From positions 26,056 through 90,055 of the forward strand of contig JBFFHS010000002.1 in NCBI GenBank assembly GCA_041556855.1: a DNA stretch of 64,000 nt, in the 5' to 3' direction. This DNA is from Gammaproteobacteria bacterium. GTDB taxonomy: Bacteria > Pseudomonadota > Gammaproteobacteria > Steroidobacterales > JBFFHS01. The notes below the pieces were generated by a model. That model ran no database searches. It was not told where the DNA came from and was given only the letters and a program-made list of their open reading frames with translations. The translations under genes and the position numbers were made by a program. Within the stretch, counting starts at the first letter, position 1; every line of letters begins with the position of its first letter. Positions 36,416 to 44,117 of this stretch are shown here, one piece after another.

Positions 36416-37165
36416 GTGAGCGGCACTTCGAGATTACTGGGCGTCGCGCGCTCTGCAGTCACCTATTACGGCATCCCCTTCCGCGCGCGGCGGCTGCAGC
36501 GCCTGTACGCTCCCTTCGTCGGAAAGGGTGACTTGTGCTTCGATATTGGCGCCCACATGGGCAACCGGATTAGGTGCTGGCGACGCCTGGGCGCACGGGT
36601 CGTCGCCGTTGAGCCCCAGCCGGATTTCTTTCGAATACTGCAGCAATTCTACGGAGCGGACCCGGCGGTAACGCTGCTTGAGCAAGCCGTCGGGCGTGAG
36701 CCGGGCGAAGCCGTGCTGTATATCAGCGAGCGATTTCCAACGGTGACCACCTTGTCGAACCAATGGATAAGACAGGTCAAGACAGACCGGTCTTTCAAAG
36801 AGGTTACGTGGTCGAAAACTACGCAAACCCGCGTCACCACGCTGCAACAGCTGATTGACGCTCACGGGCGACCGCGTTTCGTAAAGATCGATGTGGAGGG
36901 CTATGAATCGGAGGCGCTGGCAGGTCTTCATACGGCAATTCCGCACCTGTCGTTCGAGTATCTTCCCATCGTGCGCCATATCGCTCTTGAATGCGTGGAT
37001 CGTTTGGCGCAACTGGGCGTCTACCGGTACAACTGGTCACCCCGAGAGAGCCATCGCCTGATGGAGACGGAATGGCTTGACTCCCAGCGCATGGTCCAGC
37101 TACTCAAGATCCTGCCCAAGCGTTCGCCATCCGGCGATATCTATGCGCGGCTGATCGGTGGCTGA
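36416..37165 (+). CDS. FkbM-family SAM-dependent methyltransferase
   Basis: CFDIGAHMGNRIRCW and VVAVEPQP near the N-terminus; FVKIDVEGYESEAL near the C-terminus. GTG start. Confidence 0.75.
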   Translation: MSGTSRLLGVARSAVTYYGIPFRARRLQRLYAPFVGKGDLCFDIGAHMGNRIRCWRRLGARVVAVEPQPDFFRILQQFYGADPAVTLLEQAVGREPGEAVLYISERFPTVTTLSNQWIRQVKTDRSFKEVTWSKTTQTRVTTLQQLIDAHGRPRFVKIDVEGYESEALAGLHTAIPHLSFEYLPIVRHIALECVDRLAQLGVYRYNWSPRESHRLMETEWLDSQRMVQLLKILPKRSPSGDIYARLIGG

Positions 37166-38872
37166 AGCTGCGTCCTCGGCAGACAGCCGGCTCGACCCCG
37201 ACAACGCTCGAAGCAGAAGCCTCGTCAACTCATGCATTGGTCCGATCGTATCGACGCCGGGCTCAGGTCCCGAAACGAAGCCGCTAGCCAATAGCGCATC
37301 TATTGCATCCCGCCTGTTTGTGATCACATGCACAGGGACGTCCCAGCGGGACTGTTCTCCGCTGACACTCGCCGGCGGCTGGTGATCGCCGACGAGCACC
37401 ATGAACATGTCAAGATCCGCGCGCCGGCGGAGATAGCCGCTAACATACTCAAAGGTGTACGCCAGCGTATCCGAATAGTCCTGGCTCAAGTCCGTCCAGT
37501 TCGGCTTCACGGCGAGCGTTCGCGCCACCACGTCCTGGTCAAAAGGTTCCTCTGCGAGCAGGCGTTGCCAGTCTGGCTGGTAGGCCGGCGTTGGACGGAA
37601 AGGCATATGTGAGCTGATCGTGGAAAAGAACAGAAACAGGGGCGCCCGTGCGGTAGCGGTGAGCTCTATCTGATCCAGCTTCCCAAGAGCAAATTGGTCG
37701 GGTATGCGCCACCAGCCGAACTCGGGCCCGTCATATTGCAGGGCCCGTTCGCCATAGATGGCGTCGAAGCCATAAAAAGCACCTTCCGGCCATTCACGCT
37801 TGAGGCCGGGCATAAGGCCCACCACTCGGTAGCCCTTACGGGCGAACATGTGAGTCAACGAGTCGCAGTCCTGTGTCAGCAATAAATTGTAGGTTCCTTG
37901 GTCACGAACGGGACGACCCATGAGCAGGCTCATATGAGCAAGCCAGGATGCGCCGCCGAAAGTGGGCGAGGTCACTAAGGCAGACACCAACTGCCGCCCA
38001 CTTTCTCGCGCCGCGTCCGCCATCAGCTGGCGACTGGGCGCCAGTCTTCGTGAGATCTCCGGTCGGTCGTAAGCAAGCGCCCCGTAGGATTCCAAAAACA
38101 CCAGAAAAAAATCATCCCCGGCAACCCCGGCGAGCTCGGGGTCGCCATCCTGCTCGGGACATAGTGTCGCCCCGGGATCTTTGGTCTGGTGGTAAGCATT
38201 GAGCGTAAATTCCGCCTGCCGCGCAAAGGTGATGCTGACGGGCACAGAAAACCAACTCCAGGTGCGAAACGGCAGGGAGGTGTAGCCGATCAGGAAAAGA
38301 CCGACCAAACCCGCCATAGCCACTGTCAGGATGCGGCGCGCCAGTGGAACGGCCAAACCATGCTGGACTTGAGCCAGGCACCACTTTATCCCCCAAAACG
38401 CTAAGCCGGCCGCGGCGACCAGTCCGACTGTCATCAACACAACGACATAGGGGGACGCTGCCTGGGCCAACATGGCGAGCACGTTGAGAACGTGCGGGGC
38501 GTCCCAGTAGAGATTCACCGGTCGCCCGTAGAGAGCCGGTGCGGTGACCTCGGCGTACCGGCCGACAGCCAGCACAAGCAGTAACGCGGCGAGGCCTGTC
38601 ATGGTGCCGCGTGACGGCAGCTTCACCACCTCGCTATACAGCGCAAGCAGGAGCACGATGGCCGCAACCTCAACAGACAATTCGTGGCGGGTTGTAATCC
38701 ACAAGGTGGGCCAGACGTTGTGAAAACTCAGCAGAAAGTTAAGAACAAACAGGGCCGCGCCCAACGACAGGCTCAGTCTCAGGGCGCCGGTGCTGCGAAA
38801 GCGCGAGCGCAACGTGCTGGCAAAATCCCTTACCCGGCCTGCCCTGCTGGGGCCCTGCCCGACCGACCTCAT
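37100..38872 (-). CDS. Membrane-anchored sulfatase/alkaline-phosphatase-superfamily transferase (OpgB/LtaS-like)
   Basis: About 200 aa of N-terminal TM helices followed by a soluble domain (FFLVFLESYGA, SPTFGGASWLAH, FFSTISSHMPF, LVGDHQP). ATGA overlap with the upstream gene. Confidence 0.65.
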   Translation of the reverse strand: MRSVGQGPSRAGRVRDFASTLRSRFRSTGALRLSLSLGAALFVLNFLLSFHNVWPTLWITTRHELSVEVAAIVLLLALYSEVVKLPSRGTMTGLAALLLVLAVGRYAEVTAPALYGRPVNLYWDAPHVLNVLAMLAQAASPYVVVLMTVGLVAAAGLAFWGIKWCLAQVQHGLAVPLARRILTVAMAGLVGLFLIGYTSLPFRTWSWFSVPVSITFARQAEFTLNAYHQTKDPGATLCPEQDGDPELAGVAGDDFFLVFLESYGALAYDRPEISRRLAPSRQLMADAARESGRQLVSALVTSPTFGGASWLAHMSLLMGRPVRDQGTYNLLLTQDCDSLTHMFARKGYRVVGLMPGLKREWPEGAFYGFDAIYGERALQYDGPEFGWWRIPDQFALGKLDQIELTATARAPLFLFFSTISSHMPFRPTPAYQPDWQRLLAEEPFDQDVVARTLAVKPNWTDLSQDYSDTLAYTFEYVSGYLRRRADLDMFMVLVGDHQPPASVSGEQSRWDVPVHVITNRRDAIDALLASGFVSGPEPGVDTIGPMHELTRLLLRALSGSSRLSAEDAASATDQPRIDIAGWRTLGQDLE

Positions 38873-39627
38873 GTGGGGGACTGCTCCTGCCCAATGTCAT
38901 TTTCGGCGACACGAGTCAGGTATGCGACATCGATAGCAAAAGACCCGGCGAGCAGGGCAAAACCAATCAGCGCGATTGCGCCGCTAACCGGTGGAACGAC
39001 AATCGGTGATATACAAACGATCAGGGCAATGGCCTGGATGACGAAAGCGGTCTGGCGACGACGGCTGGGGGGCAGCGGACCTGTCAGGAAAGGCAGCAAT
39101 GCCCCAGCTGCCACAAACAGATAGCGCATGACTCCTGCCAGGACAATCCAGGGCCCCACCTTGCCGTACTGCCAGGCGAGCAGCGTGAAGATCAGCAGCA
39201 GCGCCGCATCCGTCTCCATGTCGAAACGGGCACCGAAAGCGCTGGCACAATCAAGCCGGCGCGCCAGCCAGCCATCGAGACCATCCAGAGCGAGCGCAAT
39301 CGAGCCCGCAACAACCACGACCCAGGGGGCGGAGATCTCACCAATCAGCCCAACCAGCAGCGCCAGGAGTCCGGCGCGCGCCAGCGTTGCCCGGTTCGCA
39401 GCTCCGAAAGAGTGCGAGACCAGGTGCCTGAGGGCGAGAACCAGCGTCAGCAAGCCGCCCAGAACGAATGCGGCACCTGCTTTCCATGGGAACCAATAGC
39501 TCAAACTCAGACCGCGCTGCAAGAGCGTGGCGAGCCCTGCCAGTGCCACGAGAACGGTAACGCCGGTGAGGAGAAATTCAATTGACAGGCGTCGACAATG
39601 AGTGTTGAGTCGAACACATTGAAGCAT
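38869..39627 (-). CDS. CDP-alcohol phosphatidyltransferase family protein
   Basis: Family motif DGLDGWLARRLDCASAFGARFDMETDA, i.e. D-G-x2-A-R-x8-G-x3-D-x3-D. Polytopic membrane protein. Confidence 0.8.
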   Translation of the reverse strand: MLQCVRLNTHCRRLSIEFLLTGVTVLVALAGLATLLQRGLSLSYWFPWKAGAAFVLGGLLTLVLALRHLVSHSFGAANRATLARAGLLALLVGLIGEISAPWVVVVAGSIALALDGLDGWLARRLDCASAFGARFDMETDAALLLIFTLLAWQYGKVGPWIVLAGVMRYLFVAAGALLPFLTGPLPPSRRRQTAFVIQAIALIVCISPIVVPPVSGAIALIGFALLAGSFAIDVAYLTRVAENDIGQEQSPT

Positions 39628-39697
39628 GTTTCAACGCTTGCATGTTTCCAATCGTCTTGCAAGTATGTTCGGGTTTCTGGCAACACCCTTGACCGGT

Positions 39698-40681
39698 ATG
39701 GCTGCACGAAACAAGGCGCGAGCTTTCTGGATTACGGCGGCGGGCCGGGGGGAGATTCGCGACGAGAACCTGGCCGCACCCGGTTCCGACGAGGTGTTGG
39801 TACGAACGTGTTATTCAGCTATCAGCCGTGGTACCGAGACGCTGGTATTTTCCGGCGCGGTCCCACCGAGTGAGTTCCAGCGCATGCGGGCCCCCTTTCA
39901 GGTTGGCGATTTCCCCGCGCCGGTCAAGTATGGGTATATCAATGTGGGCGTTGTCGAGCAGGGCCCGAGCGCGCTGCGAGGGCGCTCGGTCTTTTGCCTG
40001 TATCCTCACCAGACGCGCTATGTCGTGCCGGCGAGCGCTGTGTGCGCTCTGCCGGATGGACTGCCGCCCGAGCGCGCCGTGCTCGCGGCCAACCTTGAAT
40101 CAGTAGTAAACGGGCTTTGGGACGCGGCGCCTCGAGCTGGCGATCGCATCGCCGTTATCGGCGCGGGCACGCTGGGATGCTTGTTTGCCTGGCTGGCGGC
40201 CCGATTCCCCGGCTGCGAAGTGGAGCTCATAGATATTAATGTTGAAAAGGCAGCGATCGCAAAGCTGATCGGCGTCCCCTTCATGCTCCCGAACCAAGCA
40301 ACGCCGGAGGCCGATCTGGTCGTTCACGCCAGCGGTAGTTCCGACGGTCTAAGCAACGCACTGGAATTGGCTGGATTTGAGGCAACGGTGCTTGAGATGA
40401 GCTGGTTCGGGAACCGTCGCCCCACCCTGCCCCTCGGTGAGGCCTTCCATGCAAAGCGTCTGACCCTTCGATCGTCGCAGGTGTCCGCCGTCGCGGCCGC
40501 GCAGCGCTCACGATGGACGCCGCGGCGCAGATTGGAACTGGTGCTCCGCCTTCTGCTGGACCCCTGCCTGGACGGATTAATTACCGGTGAGAGCAGTTTT
40601 TCTGAGCTACCGGAGGTTCTGAAGCGTCTCAGTAAAGACCCCGGTAACACTCTCTGCCACCGCATCACTTATACTGATTAG
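39698..40681 (+). CDS. MDR-superfamily (zinc-ADH-like/BchC-like) dehydrogenase without the canonical zinc ligands
   Basis: Rossmann motif IAVIGAGTLGCL. The N-terminal catalytic-domain segment reads VLVRTCYSAISRGTE instead of the G-x-C-G-S/T-D-x-H type. Start chosen at ATG 39698 (alternatives 39665 and 39626). Confidence 0.65.
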   Translation: MAARNKARAFWITAAGRGEIRDENLAAPGSDEVLVRTCYSAISRGTETLVFSGAVPPSEFQRMRAPFQVGDFPAPVKYGYINVGVVEQGPSALRGRSVFCLYPHQTRYVVPASAVCALPDGLPPERAVLAANLESVVNGLWDAAPRAGDRIAVIGAGTLGCLFAWLAARFPGCEVELIDINVEKAAIAKLIGVPFMLPNQATPEADLVVHASGSSDGLSNALELAGFEATVLEMSWFGNRRPTLPLGEAFHAKRLTLRSSQVSAVAAAQRSRWTPRRRLELVLRLLLDPCLDGLITGESSFSELPEVLKRLSKDPGNTLCHRITYTD

Positions 40682-40706
40682 AGTCCATAGAGCTTACGAG
40701 ATACAA

Positions 40707-41123
40707 ATGCATAGCGTTTGCGTCAGAGATCATGTCATGATCGCCCATAGTCTAAAAGGAGAGGTCTTCGGACCCGCCCAACAGTTGCACGGCGCCACCT
40801 ATGTCGTGGACGTGGAGTTTCGCCGCGAAGAACTTGATTCGGATGGCATAGTTGTCGACATCGGGCGTGCCAGCGACGTGTTGCGTTCCATATTGTCCGA
40901 GCTCAATTATCGCAATCTGGATGACGACGGCGCTTTTTGCGGGCAAAACACGACCACGGAGGTGCTGGCTGCGGTGATCTTTGAGCGGATGGCTGCACAA
41001 GCGCGCGCTGGGTCTCTTGGTGCCTCGGGCCGTTCCTTGCACGCCATGCGCGTCACCCTGCATGAATCCCATATCGCCTGGGCGGCCTACGAGGCTCAGT
41101 TAGATCAGGGCGCCGACATGTGA
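40707..41123 (+). CDS. 6-pyruvoyl-tetrahydropterin synthase/QueD-fold protein, divergent active site
   Basis: Aligns by eye to E. coli QueD (IAHSL, LHGATYVVDVEF, DGIVVDIG, TTTEVLAAVIF). The catalytic Cys, the third zinc His and the LDHHYLN His are all replaced. Confidence 0.6.
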   Translation: MHSVCVRDHVMIAHSLKGEVFGPAQQLHGATYVVDVEFRREELDSDGIVVDIGRASDVLRSILSELNYRNLDDDGAFCGQNTTTEVLAAVIFERMAAQARAGSLGASGRSLHAMRVTLHESHIAWAAYEAQLDQGADM

Positions 41124-42175
41124 GCGCTGATCCTGCGCTCGACTTTTTACTGCCGGGGGATCTACAGACGCTGACGGGAGGTTACATTTACGACCGTCGT
41201 ATTGTGCAGGGCCTGGGCGCGCTGGGTTGGCGGGTGACGATCCATTCGCTGCATCCGCGTTACCCCTGGCCGCCATCGGCCGCGCTGGATGAAGCCCGAG
41301 CGACTTTCAGGGCTTTGCCGGACCGCGGCCTCGTGGTGATCGACGGCCTGGCCCTCGGCGGCATGCCGGAAGTGGTGGAAGAGCATGCCCGGCGCCTGCG
41401 CCTCGTGGCGCTGGTCCATCACCCCCTGGCCGCGGAAACAGGCCTGACTCCCAAGCAACGGCATACCCTGGAGCATTCCGAAAGGCGGGCGCTGGCCGCC
41501 GTCGACAGGATCATCGTGACCAGCGCCTGGACCGGGCGCCAGCTTGCCGACTACGGCGTGCCTGCGGGCCGGGTGGCCACCGTGTGTCCCGGCACAGATC
41601 CGGCGCCGCTGGCTCACGGATCGCACGGCTTGGAGTTAAACCTCCTGTGTGTAGCGACACTGACGCCTCGGAAAGGGCACGCGGTGTTGTTTGAAGCCCT
41701 TGCCGGGATTCGCGAGCGCTCCTGGCACCTCACCTGTGTCGGCAGCCTGAAGCGGGATCCTGCAACGGTTGCGGACCTGCGGGGCCGCGTCGAACGGCTC
41801 GGGTTGACCGGGCGCGTGACCTTGCTGGGAGAACTCTCAGCCGATGCCCTCGCCCGCCAATACGCCCGTGCCGACGTGTTTGTGCTGGCCTCTTACCTGG
41901 AGGGCTACGGCATGGTCCTCACCGAAGCGGTGTCCAGAGGCCTTCCCGTGGTCAGCACCTCGGCTGGCGCCATTCCCGAAACGGTGCCGGCCGACGCAGC
42001 TCTGTTAGTGCCCCCGGGCGACAGCAGCGCTTTGGCGAGCGCATTGGCGCAGCTCACGGACGATCCAGCCACCCTGAGAGCTCTGGCAAGCGGCGCGCGC
42101 AGGGGCCGTCATCGGCTTCCGACCTGGGAACACGCCAGCGCGCGCTTCGCCGCCGAACTGCAGCGTTTGGCATGA
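41120..42175 (+). CDS. GT-B glycosyltransferase (Glycos_transf_1/GT4-like)
   Basis: C-terminal E-x7-E region EGYGMVLTEAVSRGLPVVST. GTG start overlaps the upstream stop (GTGA). Confidence 0.8.
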   Translation: MSADPALDFLLPGDLQTLTGGYIYDRRIVQGLGALGWRVTIHSLHPRYPWPPSAALDEARATFRALPDRGLVVIDGLALGGMPEVVEEHARRLRLVALVHHPLAAETGLTPKQRHTLEHSERRALAAVDRIIVTSAWTGRQLADYGVPAGRVATVCPGTDPAPLAHGSHGLELNLLCVATLTPRKGHAVLFEALAGIRERSWHLTCVGSLKRDPATVADLRGRVERLGLTGRVTLLGELSADALARQYARADVFVLASYLEGYGMVLTEAVSRGLPVVSTSAGAIPETVPADAALLVPPGDSSALASALAQLTDDPATLRALASGARRGRHRLPTWEHASARFAAELQRLA

Positions 42176-43038
42176 CCACCTTTTCCAGCACCTGGCTCAG
42201 CTTGCGAGAACCCCGCGATGCGCTGTCCCGCTCACGGCGAATGGTGCGTTCTTTGCGGCGGCTATTGTCCGATCGACCGATTCAGATCACTGACCTGGCG
42301 AGCGGCACTGGCGCCAACCTGCGCTTCGCGGCTGAGGCTCTAGGCGGTCGCCAGAATTGGTCCCTGATTGACCACGACCGGGCCCTGCTCGATGCCATAC
42401 CACAGCGAATGCAGGATTGGGCGGCTCGCTGCGGCGCGAGCGTCACGCAGTCCGGACCAGAGATCATCATTCAGGGACAAAGCTTCGAATGCCGAGCCCG
42501 CGTTTCGCAGCAGGACCTGGCCCCGGACCTGGCCGCGATTGATCTGCCGGCACTAGCCCCGGTTACCGCGTCCGCCTTGTTAGACCTGGTGTCCGATGCC
42601 TGGCTGACGGCCCTGGCCCAACGCTGTTGCAGCGTCCGTGCCCCCGTGCTGTTCGCACTGACCTACGACGGGCAACTCAGCTTCAATCCGCCGGAGCCCG
42701 AGGATGATCAAATCCGTGAGCTGATCAATATTCACCAGACCGGCGACAAGGGCTTCGGGCCAGCCCTCGGCCCGGCCGCGGCCCTTAAGGCCAGGCGGCG
42801 CTTTGCGGAGGTCGGGTATCACGTGGAACTTGAGCGCAGCGACTGGCAGGTCGGGCCGGCTGATGGGGATCTGCAGCTCGCGCTGCTGGACGGCTGGCTG
42901 AGCGCCGCCATGGAAATTGCGCCCCAGGAGAGGTCGGCGCTGGAGGGCTGGCTGCAGCGACGCCGCGCCCATGTGGCGAGTGGGCGCTCCGCCCTCAGGG
43001 TGGGGCACGTTGATGTCCTGGGGTGGCTGCCGGACTGA
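42172..43038 (+). CDS. Putative SAM-dependent methyltransferase
   Basis: Motif-I-like ITDLASGTGANLRF and a post-I acidic residue (LIDHD). ATGA overlap with the glycosyltransferase gene. Confidence 0.55.
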   Translation: MTTFSSTWLSLREPRDALSRSRRMVRSLRRLLSDRPIQITDLASGTGANLRFAAEALGGRQNWSLIDHDRALLDAIPQRMQDWAARCGASVTQSGPEIIIQGQSFECRARVSQQDLAPDLAAIDLPALAPVTASALLDLVSDAWLTALAQRCCSVRAPVLFALTYDGQLSFNPPEPEDDQIRELINIHQTGDKGFGPALGPAAALKARRRFAEVGYHVELERSDWQVGPADGDLQLALLDGWLSAAMEIAPQERSALEGWLQRRRAHVASGRSALRVGHVDVLGWLPD

Positions 43039-43051
43039 GCCCGGGTTTGGC

Positions 43052-44032
43052 TCAGAATACCCGACTCAGGCGCCCCCTCTGCGGGCGCTCGGCGTCGGTG
43101 TCATCATGCGCACGCAAATCGCAGTCAAAGAGAACATCCTGTCCCATGGCGAAGATACGGTGTGGCGGCCTGAGGCAGTCCGTCAGCCGGGGGCTTCCAA
43201 CCAGGCGTATTCCAGGGCGCCCGGCCCCGATCAGCAACGGCGCGATCGCCACCTGCAGACGGTCGAGCAGACCCGCCTCGAGAAACGCGGACACGGTGTA
43301 GCCGCCGCCCTCGACGAATACCGCGTTCAGGCGCCTGGCGTGCAGCGCAGCCATGAGTGCCTCGAGCTGGAAGCGGCCGGCGCGAAACGGAATGCCTAAA
43401 ACTTCGGCGGAGCCGATCCGCTCGGCATCGTTGGACAACCGAGCGTTGTTGCAGACCAGCAGCGTGGCTGCTTGCTCATCACAAAACACGCCGTGCTCCG
43501 CGCTGAGCCGTCGATTTGGATCCAATATCACTCGCACCGGGTTTGTTCCGGCTGCCCGTCGCGCCGTCAGCTGGGGGTTGTCAGCCGCAACGGTGCCTGC
43601 CCCAACCACCACGGCATCGCAAAGCGCTCGCATGCGATGCAGGTGGAGCAGGTTCTCTGGGCCCGTAACGTAGAACGAATCTCCGCCGCTGGTGGCGATA
43701 TGGCCATCGAGTCCCTGCCCGAGGTGTCCTACCGTCAGGGAAGAACGGCCGCCGGAGTTACAGACCGGCAGATACAGATCCAACAGCGCATGCACCGCGG
43801 CGGGTGCGGTTGCCGCGCGGCTCCAGCCTTCAGGCTTCCGCCAGACCAGCAGCGCACTGGGGTCTGCCGCCGCGACCGGACTCATTCGGCCATCGCGAAA
43901 ACCGCAGGCGAAACCATCCGCAGGGCTTGCCTTCCGTCGAACCCGGTCGGCGGCCCACAATAACGCGCTCCAAGCGCGCTCGACCTCCGCACCGCCGTCC
44001 AGCCCGGGTCCGTGGGCGGTAGGAACAGGCAT
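43052..44032 (-). CDS. RibD C-terminal-domain (DHFR-fold) reductase with ~100-aa N-terminal extension and no deaminase domain
   Basis: TVGHLGQGLDGHIAT, HLHRMRALCDAVVVGAGTVAADNPQLTAR, VFVEGGGYTVSAFL. No HAE or PCxxC deaminase motifs are present. Confidence 0.75.
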   Translation of the reverse strand: MPVPTAHGPGLDGGAEVERAWSALLWAADRVRRKASPADGFACGFRDGRMSPVAAADPSALLVWRKPEGWSRAATAPAAVHALLDLYLPVCNSGGRSSLTVGHLGQGLDGHIATSGGDSFYVTGPENLLHLHRMRALCDAVVVGAGTVAADNPQLTARRAAGTNPVRVILDPNRRLSAEHGVFCDEQAATLLVCNNARLSNDAERIGSAEVLGIPFRAGRFQLEALMAALHARRLNAVFVEGGGYTVSAFLEAGLLDRLQVAIAPLLIGAGRPGIRLVGSPRLTDCLRPPHRIFAMGQDVLFDCDLRAHDDTDAERPQRGRLSRVF

Positions 44033-44117
44033 ATCGATGAATCAATACTGTGGAAACTGCTATGCTATCACCGTAGCCGGCCGAGCCGAACACCAGGCCA
44101 CGGAAGAAGAAAAGCAA

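Noticed and set aside
43692-44117. N-terminal 142 codons of the 506-aa ORF that contains the GCH II gene
   Set aside because: This part overlaps the RibD_C gene on the opposite strand and is Pro/Ala/Ser/Arg-rich. A start at 44118 has a purine-rich RBS region and leaves a normal divergent spacer.
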